A stretch of DNA of 39,987 nt from a virus: the IMG/VR virus record IMGVR_UViG_2639762563_000001, positions 1 through 39,987 of that record. One strand, given 5' to 3'. Positions within the stretch are counted from its first letter, which is position 1. The number at the start of each line of letters is the position of its first letter. The position numbers and the translations under genes were made by a program. Of the stretch, positions 28,561 through 37,050 are shown piece after piece. The notes beneath the pieces are model-generated. The model was not told where the DNA came from, made no database searches, and saw only the letters and a program-made list of their open reading frames with translations.

Positions 28561-28764
28561 ATGGCAACTACACAAGCCCACCTCAAGACGATTGCGGACG
28601 AATCGAACGCTGAATCGGAAACGGAAACCACCCAAACCGACCTAAGTGCGGTCGCTGGCGAGCATACGTCGACGACTGATGCGCTCCCAGATTTCTACGT
28701 CTTCCACGCTGCACGAGAGTTCGCAACGGACGCCCTCGAGACTGCGGTCGCGGAGGCGATCTAA
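28561..28764 (+). CDS. Hypothetical early protein
   Basis: First ORF after the leader, GGTGAG Shine-Dalgarno. Confidence 0.65.
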   Translation: MATTQAHLKTIADESNAESETETTQTDLSAVAGEHTSTTDALPDFYVFHAAREFATDALETAVAEAI

Positions 28765-28765
28765 G

Positions 28766-29251
28766 ATGCGGGCCGCAAAACGACGCTCCATCGAAGCCGA
28801 CCACCTTGAGTCCGAAGCCCAGGACGAACTCCGAATCCAGCGCGAAGCGCAGGCGGTCACCGCCCCCGAAACCGAACTCCGAGCTGATGGCGGCGAGGCG
28901 GACACCTACACCGCAAACGAAAACGCGCAGCTAGAGATCGCCAAGAACGAACTCGAGTACCCACCCGTCGACGTCGGTGATCACGTCCAGGACCGGGAGG
29001 ACATCGACGCGACGATGGTCGTCGTTCGGACGCCGCTCGAGCCGGCCAATGAAGTGGATGCTCGAAACGGGAAGACGGTCGCGGAGTCCAACCCCGGATA
29101 CCCGGCTGACGATGACGTCGTCGTGGTGAAGTTCCCAGAGCGGACGAGCACCGATATAGGACCGCTGCAGGGGTACGCATTTCCACGGACTCGCCTCGAG
29201 ATCGTTGCTCGAGTCCACGATCGCAACGACGACCAGGAGGTGAGCGAGTGA
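28766..29251 (+). CDS. Hypothetical protein with SH3-like haloviral domain
   Basis: VGDHVQDRE...TVAESNPGYPADDDVVVV...YAFPRTRL motif. Confidence 0.65.
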   Translation: MRAAKRRSIEADHLESEAQDELRIQREAQAVTAPETELRADGGEADTYTANENAQLEIAKNELEYPPVDVGDHVQDREDIDATMVVVRTPLEPANEVDARNGKTVAESNPGYPADDDVVVVKFPERTSTDIGPLQGYAFPRTRLEIVARVHDRNDDQEVSE

Positions 29252-29859
29252 TGTCGACCGAAGCAGACGACACCGACGTCGCGGATACAATCAACAGTGA
29301 CACCACCGAGGGGACAGCACTGCCGCGGTCGTTCCTCGTCGAGGGTGCCGGGCCAGTGACCGTCGTTCGCGAACACGGCGACATCACCGAGCGTACCGAA
29401 GGCGAGGTGTCGATCACCCGCCGCCTCGAGACGCTTGATGAGTTCGCACAGTTCTGGCGCTTCCGCGATCTCCGAAACTGGAAGCGAAACGCGATTCGAG
29501 AGGTGCTCGAGTCCCGGGAGAATGAGTTGTTACGGTACGTGATCGACGACGAACAACTCGAGGCCTGGAGCGTTCAGGTCGACGGCCGTGTCCAGGCGTT
29601 CGTCGGCGTTGCCGAGACGATCGTCGGCGGTCAGATCGATCCGAAATCTGTCACAGCAGCCGACCACCGATTCGAGTCCTACCTCCGGAACAACACCGGC
29701 AAAGACGCCGACGAACTGACGCTCGAGTTCGCGAAGGATCTCAAGGGGTCGCCACTGTGGGGGCCTGGCGCTCGACTCGCCGAGCTCGTTGTTCGCCATG
29801 CCGACCGAGAGGATCTGGATGGCTATGTCGCAGCGCTCCTTGAGGAGGTCGATGAGTGA
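29251..29859 (+). CDS. Hypothetical protein
   Basis: TGATG-coupled acidic ORF. Confidence 0.7.
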   Translation: MSTEADDTDVADTINSDTTEGTALPRSFLVEGAGPVTVVREHGDITERTEGEVSITRRLETLDEFAQFWRFRDLRNWKRNAIREVLESRENELLRYVIDDEQLEAWSVQVDGRVQAFVGVAETIVGGQIDPKSVTAADHRFESYLRNNTGKDADELTLEFAKDLKGSPLWGPGARLAELVVRHADREDLDGYVAALLEEVDE

Positions 29860-30191
29860 TGGCGGTCGCCGAATCTCCACAGGCCCACCTCGCCGATCGC
29901 GAACGCCGAGCTCTGGAACAGTACCTCACCGTCCTCGAGGACGATCCGCGCGTTCGCGATGCCGACGACATGTATCTGGTCGTCTCTGAGAGTGGATCGG
30001 AGTACCTCGTCGACGTTCGCGAACGAACGTGCGAGTGCGATGATGCGACCTACCGGGGTGTGACCTGCAAACACCAACATCGAGTCCGCTTTGCGACGGG
30101 CCGGCGATCGATCCCCCTCGGTGCCGATCGCGACGACGTCGACCAACAGTTAGGAGAGCACGTTTCCGGTGAACCCAGGTGGTCGAAGTGA
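29859..30191 (+). CDS. SWIM zinc-finger protein
   Basis: YLVDVRERTCECDDATYRGVTCKH matches CxC...CxH. Confidence 0.85.
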   Translation: MAVAESPQAHLADRERRALEQYLTVLEDDPRVRDADDMYLVVSESGSEYLVDVRERTCECDDATYRGVTCKHQHRVRFATGRRSIPLGADRDDVDQQLGEHVSGEPRWSK

Positions 30192-30421
30192 GTGTGCAAA
30201 CCTCGGATATCAAAGGTGCGGCCAACGCGGTGGAACCACACCCAGTGGTGCTTGACGCCCGCGCTGTCGATCAACATGACGGACACGACGTCCTCGAGAT
30301 CGTGCTGCTCGAACGAGTCGACCGCGTCCCACCGGCGGTCCTCCGCGACCTCGGTGACCACGACTGTGGCATCACATTCGCCCAGCCACAAGGCGACCAT
30401 CTCGTCGTGGAGGTTCAATGA
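30188..30421 (+). CDS. Hypothetical protein
   Basis: GTGA/ATGA-coupled ORF. Confidence 0.6.
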   Translation: MSVQTSDIKGAANAVEPHPVVLDARAVDQHDGHDVLEIVLLERVDRVPPAVLRDLGDHDCGITFAQPQGDHLVVEVQ

Positions 30422-30636
30422 GCCGTGACGCTCTGGCTCCGGACACGGAGTACAACGTCGTTCGCAGCGAGACGTCCATCGATGTCGACGGCTTTCGCAA
30501 AGGTGAGCCGACCGGCGAAATCGAGTGCTGCGAGTGCGGTCGGTCGCATCTGAATATAGACGAAATCCCGCACGAGAAGGACTGCTCGCAGCGCTGGGCG
30601 AAGACAGACTACTGGCGGGATCGGTTCAACGACTAA
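30418..30636 (+). CDS. Small Zn-binding protein
   Basis: CCECG...HEKDC motif. Confidence 0.65.
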   Translation: MSRDALAPDTEYNVVRSETSIDVDGFRKGEPTGEIECCECGRSHLNIDEIPHEKDCSQRWAKTDYWRDRFND

Positions 30637-30696
30637 CTCGTTCTTCTTTTTGCAGAAGCTGATAAGTAGGATGCACTAACACTCACACGTAGTGAG

Positions 30697-31014
30697 ATGG
30701 CTATCTTCGGTACTCTATTCGAAGTGCTGTCCATAACCGGGTACTTTTCTACGCTCTTTGGAATGGTGGCGTACGCTCGTCTCATACTCTCTGAAATATT
30801 TGAACAGGAGAATATCGAGGTGAGTTCGGGGCTTACCTGGCTTGTCGCGCTTTGTGCCATCGTCTCAGCCACAGGAGCGGCTGGATCCAGCCAAATTATC
30901 ACAGCCTATGGGCTCCTGTTGCCGTTGTTCGAAATCATGATGGCGGCTATTGGCGGAGGCGTTGCAATCACGTCTATCTCGCAACTCATACTCTGGCTCG
31001 TCGAGAACACCTAA
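30697..31014 (+). CDS. Three-TM membrane protein (AT-richer insertion)
   Basis: Hydrophobic ORF, compositionally distinct from its flanks. Confidence 0.65.
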   Translation: MAIFGTLFEVLSITGYFSTLFGMVAYARLILSEIFEQENIEVSSGLTWLVALCAIVSATGAAGSSQIITAYGLLLPLFEIMMAAIGGGVAITSISQLILWLVENT

Positions 31015-31114
31015 TATTCAATCACGCATCTTATGAGAACTATACCGGGCCCAGTACAGCGATTATTCGGAATTACAAGTAGTCTTTTTAGGATACCAGA
31101 CAGTTTTCGAGAAT

Positions 31115-32176
31115 ATGATCGCCGATCTGCGGGTGTTCGACGACGAGTTCGTCCCACCCGATTTGCTCCATCGGGAGAACGAGATCGAACAGCTTCTCCG
31201 CCGGTTTACCACCCGCCACCCAGCGGAGTCGGACGTCCTTATCTCCGGACCCAGTGGGGTCGGGAAGACAGTTCTCGCCCGAACAGCGGTCGATCACCTC
31301 GAGACACAGACCGACGTCACGCGGGTGTTCGTCGACTCGCTCGGGAAGACGACCGGCGGCATTCTTCGGGCGATGCTCGAGCAGCTGCCTCGAGGACCGA
31401 ACGAGGTCGCCCAGACCCTCCCGACGAGAGACGTCTGCCGAGAGATCCGTGAGGCGATCACCAGCGAAACGATCGTCGTCCTGGATGAAGGTGATGATCT
31501 CCCCCAGACGAACGCAGTCGGTGAACTGCTCGCGATGGCGAACGTCACGGTCGTGGTGATCGCCCACGACGGAACCGATTGGCTCTCACGTCTGGACGTC
31601 ACCGACGGCCACCGACTCGACCAGGGTCACCTTGAGCTCGGACGCTACGGCGTCGACGAACTCGCGGACATCCTTGAGCGGCGTGCCCGCCAGGGATTGC
31701 ATGGCGAACCCGTCTCTCGAGCCCAACTCGAGGCGATCGCCGACGAGGTCGCCGGCGTCGCTCGCCATGGGATCCAGTCGCTGCGCTCCGCGGCAGTGCT
31801 CGCTCGGGAACGCGGCCACCGTCGGGTGCGCGATCGGGACGTCGACGACTCCTACGAACATGCCCGCCACCGAATTCGGAAGTTGAATCTAAGTTCATTG
31901 CCGTTTCACCACCAAGTGCTGTATGCGATAATTCACGAAGCTGAGGAGCTCTCGGCGTCGGAGTTGCACGACCGCTACGACGCTGTTTCGGGGGATATCT
32001 ATGCGGGGTCGCCGCCGCAACCACTTGGAGAACGCGCTCGCCGGGAGAAGCTCTCGAAGCTTGCAGAGTACGATCTCATCGACTATGACGGTCCGACACG
32101 TGATCGGCTCTACTGGGTAATTGATTCTGATGTAGAACCATTGCTAGAACTACCGGGAAGAATGCCATTAGAATGA
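31115..32176 (+). CDS. cdc6: Orc1/Cdc6-family AAA+ protein
   Basis: FVPPDLLHRENEIEQL, Walker A GPSGVGKT, Walker B VVLDEGD, C-terminal winged helix. Confidence 0.9.
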   Translation: MIADLRVFDDEFVPPDLLHRENEIEQLLRRFTTRHPAESDVLISGPSGVGKTVLARTAVDHLETQTDVTRVFVDSLGKTTGGILRAMLEQLPRGPNEVAQTLPTRDVCREIREAITSETIVVLDEGDDLPQTNAVGELLAMANVTVVVIAHDGTDWLSRLDVTDGHRLDQGHLELGRYGVDELADILERRARQGLHGEPVSRAQLEAIADEVAGVARHGIQSLRSAAVLARERGHRRVRDRDVDDSYEHARHRIRKLNLSSLPFHHQVLYAIIHEAEELSASELHDRYDAVSGDIYAGSPPQPLGERARREKLSKLAEYDLIDYDGPTRDRLYWVIDSDVEPLLELPGRMPLE

Positions 32177-32304
32177 CCAATCGTCTTTTAGAACCACAAT
32201 TATATTTAAAACAGATCTATTATAACTTCAATATTCACAGTTTCCTTTGATTGGCACATAGCGCTGATCAGGAGTAGGCTAACGGTATAGAGTACAAAAG
32301 CGAG

Positions 32305-32483
32305 GGCTCTGGTGAATCGCTAGACTCCGGCGACTTTCAACTCTATATCAGGTGCTCGATGCACTACTCTTGGACAATTCTGGCTTCAGTTTCCCCCGAA
32401 TCTCTGCTGGCGAAACGATTGGACTCATTCACAGTGCCACTATGTAGGTCCAACCCAACGCCCTATGGCGATTCACCAGAGCC
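32305..32483. mobile_element. 179-bp MITE with 16-bp TIRs and 8-bp TSD
   Basis: GGCTCTGGTGAATCGC at 32305-32320 and GCGATTCACCAGAGCC at 32468-32483. AAAGCGAG at 32297-32304 and 32484-32491. Confidence 0.88.
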
Positions 32484-32597
32484 AAAGCGAGTAAAGGCCA
32501 AATGAGGTGGATGTTCTCGATCATTGTTCAGTGAAAGATTGGTTGCTAAGGATGATTTAAATAGGGCGAGAAACTACTTTAACGTGGTATATTATAT

Positions 32598-33980
32598 ATG
32601 GCCGATGAAGGTCGATCAAGAGGCGGCCCCGCCTCTTTTGCTTTGACACAAGCGGAAAGAGAGTTCCTAAAAAACGGATCTACCGGTGGTTATCGAAAAT
32701 CGAAATTGGAGTCGCAGATAGAAGCGAAAAAGGATAAATTACCTGAACGTTTTGAGAGGCTTATGGATGATATGGAATTACTTTCTGATCGAATGGATGT
32801 GGATATGCTAGAACAGTTATCGCTCAAAAGTTTGCCAAATTCACTATCAATGTATGATTCATCAATACCACTGACAGAGCTAAATCTGGAGTTCAGGCCG
32901 ATGTCTCCGGCCTGTGAATTAGGGAGAGAAATAGGTGAAACCATACATCACGTAATGAGTGGTCGCGATGATCAGCAAATGCGAGAGATAGTATCTCAGA
33001 TGTCATTTGGATTCATACTTGGTGCATATATACTTCCATTGCCAGTTGCGGAGGTTGACAAACATGGAGTTGATCAATTTATTGGTGAAATAAATGAGAT
33101 GTCACTCACATTCGCTTCTAAGTTTGACGAGGAGAGAATGACATTCGACGAATTTACGGAAGGGATGGATGAATATAGTCAAAAATGGAGGGAAATCGAG
33201 AGAGATATTGATCAAAATATCCGGCATACATTATTCGAAGCTGGCTATCTTTATGACGACGACCAACATTTATTTCCAGACCCCACACCCGATGGGATAT
33301 TATTTTCCCTTGATGATACTGATTATTCGACGAAATGGGAGGAGTATAGAAACTCACGAAGTCACAAAATAATCAAAAAAACAAGAGACTACTTGATCGC
33401 AGATGGTGTGGATAGTGATATCATCGACATGAGTGTTGGTTATAGCACTATTCCCGGTTCTGGAGGTAATGTGGCGGCATTCCAAGATACCCACGATTTA
33501 GATCAATTAGATGTAGATGTGTTCGCCTCAAAAGAGAACATTCTTGAAGTGTATTCCAAGTATCGTATCCGAAAGCGAATCCAGCTTAGTTCTCGGCTAG
33601 CGGAAGACACCTCTCGACTGAGAGATCATCGGTGGAGAGGAGTCAATGCATTTCAGGTTTTCAAACTAATAAACACTGAGGGACCTAATATATCCTCACA
33701 TGAAATTGCTGAAATTATTGGTTCCCGGAAACACCGTGATCCTCAAGTAACGGCTATTGGTCGGGCACTTTCAGGAGAACACTATGACTCTCAAACAAAT
33801 TGGAAAGAACTTCCTTTACTATCAGGTAACAAGAGATCATGGAGACTGACTGATTATGGGGAAGTATTAGCTCAATATATATTTCGGGATTTGCCAATGT
33901 TCAACAAATTATCTCAGATTCCGAAGGAATTGGTCAATCAAGGTATTGACTCGCTAGAAGAAATCACGCCCTCTAGATAA
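32598..33980 (+). CDS. Hypothetical 460-aa protein in AT-richer DNA, probable C-terminal winged helix
   Basis: N-terminal ALTQAEREFL motif. C-terminal ISSHEIAEII...WRLTDYGEVL. Confidence 0.7.
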   Translation: MADEGRSRGGPASFALTQAEREFLKNGSTGGYRKSKLESQIEAKKDKLPERFERLMDDMELLSDRMDVDMLEQLSLKSLPNSLSMYDSSIPLTELNLEFRPMSPACELGREIGETIHHVMSGRDDQQMREIVSQMSFGFILGAYILPLPVAEVDKHGVDQFIGEINEMSLTFASKFDEERMTFDEFTEGMDEYSQKWREIERDIDQNIRHTLFEAGYLYDDDQHLFPDPTPDGILFSLDDTDYSTKWEEYRNSRSHKIIKKTRDYLIADGVDSDIIDMSVGYSTIPGSGGNVAAFQDTHDLDQLDVDVFASKENILEVYSKYRIRKRIQLSSRLAEDTSRLRDHRWRGVNAFQVFKLINTEGPNISSHEIAEIIGSRKHRDPQVTAIGRALSGEHYDSQTNWKELPLLSGNKRSWRLTDYGEVLAQYIFRDLPMFNKLSQIPKELVNQGIDSLEEITPSR

Positions 33981-34092
33981 TATACTGTTTTCTGCGACCC
34001 TTTCAGAGTGATATAGATAATATATCTATCTGACGAGACATTCGGAATTGAAAGGGGGTTTAAAGCAAACACCATGCCAATCAGCGGTTGTC

Positions 34093-34353
34093 ATGTCGAC
34101 TGCAAGGCGAACGATCGATGTCGACCTCCGCACTGACGTCGACGCCGAGATCCCGGCGGAGGTGCCACGGGTAATTGCGCTTGAGATCGAGTACGGTGAC
34201 GACAGCGAGCGAACGGTGCATCTCAATCACGGACCAGAAGAGTGGACGTTCGAATTCGTCCGGGGGCAGTGTACCGATCGCGATCCACCAACACGGACAG
34301 TCCCGCAGTGGATCAACGAAGCGCTCAGAGCTGTGGAAGCAGAGATCCGGTGA
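34093..34353 (+). CDS. Hypothetical protein
   Basis: TTTAAA upstream. Convergent with the repressor. Confidence 0.6.
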   Translation: MSTARRTIDVDLRTDVDAEIPAEVPRVIALEIEYGDDSERTVHLNHGPEEWTFEFVRGQCTDRDPPTRTVPQWINEALRAVEAEIR

Positions 34354-34362
34354 GAGAAGATG

Positions 34363-34680
34363 TCAGTCTTCGACGCCCTCGACCGGCTCGAGTTCCCCAG
34401 CGTCGAGGTCCCCCTCGAGATAAGCTTCTCCGAACTCTGTCAACCGATAAAGTCCACGGTCAAGTCGCTCAAGCAATCCGTATTTCGTGAGCTCTCGGCA
34501 CCGGTCGCCGGCATATTCACGGCTGATGTCGATACGAGGAACAAAACCGTCACGAGACAATGCTCGAGGCGTCATGTTCCCCTCCTCATTCATCAGTTCC
34601 AGAATGCGATCGTCAGTCGGCGAACGCATCCAATCTGCCGGCTTCCTCATCTGTCGTTTAACTGGGTCGGTAGGACTCAT
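34363..34680 (-). CDS. PhiH1 repressor-like winged-helix protein
   Basis: WMRSPTDDRILELM...YAGDRCRELTKYGLLE...GLYRLTEFGEAYLEGDLDA pattern. Divergent from early operon 2. Confidence 0.85.
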   Translation of the reverse strand: MSPTDPVKRQMRKPADWMRSPTDDRILELMNEEGNMTPRALSRDGFVPRIDISREYAGDRCRELTKYGLLERLDRGLYRLTEFGEAYLEGDLDAGELEPVEGVED

Positions 34681-34701
34681 ATGTACACCGATATGATGAC
34701 C

Positions 34702-35057
34702 TGTTCAGGCCACTAGCCTATAAGAGTCCGGTTACTAGCTGGTAGATATCCGGCCAGTGGTGGGAAAAGTATTAAACGGTCGAACCAGTCACTATAGATA
34801 GGAAGTCATCCTCGCCAGAATCTGCGAAGATTCGGGGTGTTGGCGCACCCCGAGGTTGACTTCCGAACCCTTCACACGGGGAATTCAGAAGTCATGTCCA
34901 ACGAGCACACCGGGGTAAAAAGAGATTGCCCCACAGAACGCAGTACCGCCGGCCGTCCACACGGCCGAGATGACTCTCCAGCGCCCACTGATTTATCCGA
35001 AAAACCACCGCGCGGCAACGCGGTAGCACAGACGGGAGGTTGTTCAGGCCACCAGCC
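34702..35057 (+). repeat. 17-bp direct repeat TGTTCAGGCCACYAGCC at 34702-34718 and 35041-35057 (possible operator)
   Basis: One mismatch. One copy in the repressor promoter region, one inside the first early ORF. Confidence 0.5.
34801..34864 (+). ncRNA. Structured 5' leader (three-way junction), copy 2
   Basis: GGAAGTCA/TGACTTCC plus CCTC/GAGG outer stem, hairpin GAATCT-GCGA-AGATTC, hairpin GGGGTG-TTGGCG-CACCCC. TATTAAA at 34770-34776. Confidence 0.6.
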
Positions 35058-35178
35058 CCGTCTAGGAAACTCGCACACGCGCGACGCGGATAACGCTACC
35101 CCATCGACATACCTGGTCGAGGCGCTCGAGCGTGCCGACCGCTACGATTCGACGTTCTTCTACGGGGTGCGACTATGA
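34894..35178 (+). CDS. Hypothetical low-complexity early protein
   Basis: First ORF after the leader, ATGA overlap with the next gene. Confidence 0.5.
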   Translation: MSNEHTGVKRDCPTERSTAGRPHGRDDSPAPTDLSEKPPRGNAVAQTGGCSGHQPRLGNSHTRDADNATPSTYLVEALERADRYDSTFFYGVRL

Positions 35179-35552
35179 CTGCAGCCGCCCGACCCGATCA
35201 GCCTGCGAAATTCCCACGCAAGCTGACGACCGACAAGGCGCTGCACCTGTTCCAGCCGATTCGCCGCCGACTCGTCGTCGAGCTCGTCGACGTACTCGGA
35301 CCGATGCATATCCGAGCGCTGTCGGACGCGATCGCGTGCATCACCGACAGCCAGTACGACTCCGTATACGTCTCGCTATCTCAGCAACATCTCCCGAAAC
35401 TCGACGATTACGACATCGTCGAATTCGATGAGCAGGACCTCGAGGTCGCACCAGGCCCCCACTTTGCTGACTGTGCGGCGTTTGTCGACGACGCCCAGAG
35501 CCGGTTCCGCTCAGAAGCCGACAGCGAACAGATCGATAGAGGTGAGCGGTGA
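35175..35552 (+). CDS. Haloarchaeal ArsR-like winged-helix protein
   Basis: RRRLVVEL...VYVSLSQQHLPKLDDYDIVEFD motif. Confidence 0.8.
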   Translation: MTAAARPDQPAKFPRKLTTDKALHLFQPIRRRLVVELVDVLGPMHIRALSDAIACITDSQYDSVYVSLSQQHLPKLDDYDIVEFDEQDLEVAPGPHFADCAAFVDDAQSRFRSEADSEQIDRGER

Positions 35553-36016
35553 TGGCCTCTTACAACTGTCTCTACCCCGAACCGGTCGTGATGGACGGTG
35601 ACGGCCTTGAGTGGGGGCCCATCCAGTGGGCCGACGAAGGCACGTTCGAAGATGCCGACTACCCGAAACCTGCCGAGAACGAGCGCCGATTCTACACGAT
35701 CGCCATCCGTCGTGGGTGGGCAGAGAACACCGACGTCGCGTCGATCGCCGTCCTCGGTGTGACCCGCGACCTCGAGATCGGGCTCGAGACCCGCTACCGC
35801 GCAACCAGTGAGGACTGGACACTATGTGATCGCGACGGAGTTCCGCCGTCGGTGTGCAAACGCCCACCCGCGGATTCCACGATCCCAACGGCACGAAAAG
35901 ACAAGTTCCGACAAGTCCTCAAGCGCGCCCACGATTTCGAGAACAGCGCCGTCGACGCACGTCACGAGGGGACAAGCGAAGTCCGAGCCGACGGTGGGAT
36001 TCGGGAATCCGAGTAA
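35552..36016 (+). CDS. Hypothetical protein
   Basis: TGATG-coupled acidic ORF ending RADGGIRESE. Confidence 0.65.
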   Translation: MASYNCLYPEPVVMDGDGLEWGPIQWADEGTFEDADYPKPAENERRFYTIAIRRGWAENTDVASIAVLGVTRDLEIGLETRYRATSEDWTLCDRDGVPPSVCKRPPADSTIPTARKDKFRQVLKRAHDFENSAVDARHEGTSEVRADGGIRESE

Positions 36017-36046
36017 GTCGATCGCGCCGTTCGCGAAGCTGCGACG

Positions 36047-36832
36047 TTGATCGACGCCGGCGATAGCACGAGCGTCGCGATCAACTACGTCGTCGGCGAG
36101 TACGAACTCGAGCATCGTCGCGACGACGTCCACCAGCGCGTTCGCGACCGACTCGAGCGGGTTGTGGCGACCGACGGTGGTCGCGATGCCTTCCTCGCAG
36201 GTGACGCCCACTGGTGTGACCTTTGCGAGACCCCATTTGAGACGCTAGGCGAGTTGATCCGTCACGACTGCCAGGAGCAACAGGCGATCGCCGACGGTGG
36301 ACGTCCACAACATCGAGCGGACTGTGAGGACTGCAGTTGGTCCTACCGCGACACTGATCTCGTGGATGTCTCTGACGAGATGGAGCGCCACGCGCGCAAA
36401 GAGATGCATGATGTCGACCTCGAGCGAGCGGTCGTGACCGATGGCGGCCAGTGTGTGGACGAGAGTGCCCAGTTCGCGAGGGGCCATCACTCGTTGTTGT
36501 CAAAGATATCCGATTTATCAACAGTCCTGAGGATCCCCTCTTCACAGGCACATGAATTCTCCGGAGAAACCGGTCGGATAGAGCCGTCGGCTAATACCCA
36601 GACAGTGAAGACTGCACCACAACTGTCACACTTCCCAGGGAGTTTTTCTTTGTCTTCGTCAGCATCTGATGGGTTCATCAAACCAAGTCCATTGACAACA
36701 TATAACAATAGATTTCTGCCGGTCAAGTACCTGCCTATCGGTACCCCTCACCGGACATCGCAACCAGAGACTTGTCTGCCGTTCGCAGAGTCTGAGAACT
36801 CCACTGGAACCGAAGGGGGTGACCGTCAGTGA
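36047..36832 (+). CDS. Mosaic hypothetical ORF with two Cys/His Zn modules; start uncertain
   Basis: CDLC..H.C and CEDC..H...H modules separated by DGG motifs. In frame with the previous ORF after one TAA. The C-terminal half is antisense to another gene. Confidence 0.5.
   Translation: MIDAGDSTSVAINYVVGEYELEHRRDDVHQRVRDRLERVVATDGGRDAFLAGDAHWCDLCETPFETLGELIRHDCQEQQAIADGGRPQHRADCEDCSWSYRDTDLVDVSDEMERHARKEMHDVDLERAVVTDGGQCVDESAQFARGHHSLLSKISDLSTVLRIPSSQAHEFSGETGRIEPSANTQTVKTAPQLSHFPGSFSLSSSASDGFIKPSPLTTYNNRFLPVKYLPIGTPHRTSQPETCLPFAESENSTGTEGGDRQ
36487..36678 (-). CDS. Small CxxCG/CxC zinc-finger protein nested antisense
   Basis: MNPSDADEDKEKLPGKCDSCGAVFTVWVLADGSIRPVSPENSCAC... is acidic, with TTATAT upstream. 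Confidence 0.65.
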   Translation of the reverse strand: MNPSDADEDKEKLPGKCDSCGAVFTVWVLADGSIRPVSPENSCACEEGILRTVDKSDIFDNNE

Positions 36833-37050
36833 GCAGTGAACTCATCCCCGACGATTTCGACCTCAAACACGCTCGCCAGGCACCGTCGACGACGCCACAC
36901 AACGAGCGTCCGCGCTGTCCGGAATGCAACCAACTCGCGGTTCGAAAGAAGACAGGGAAACCATCCAGTAACCCAGGTGGACCATCTCACTACTGTAACC
37001 GCTGTGGAGCGAAGTTCGATGAACCCGTCTACGGTGATTCCGATGAGTGA
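36829..37050 (+). CDS. CPxC zinc-ribbon protein
   Basis: RCPECNQ and YCNRCG motifs. Confidence 0.75.
   Translation: MSSELIPDDFDLKHARQAPSTTPHNERPRCPECNQLAVRKKTGKPSSNPGGPSHYCNRCGAKFDEPVYGDSDE

Noticed and set aside
31015-32597. Replication origin (ORB repeats) next to cdc6
   Set aside because: No ORB or G-string repeats were recognised. The only inverted repeat belongs to the MITE.
36836-37042. N-terminal extension of ORF 36836-37888
   Set aside because: It overlaps the zinc-ribbon gene 36829-37050. Acidic haloarchaeal composition starts at ATG 37043.
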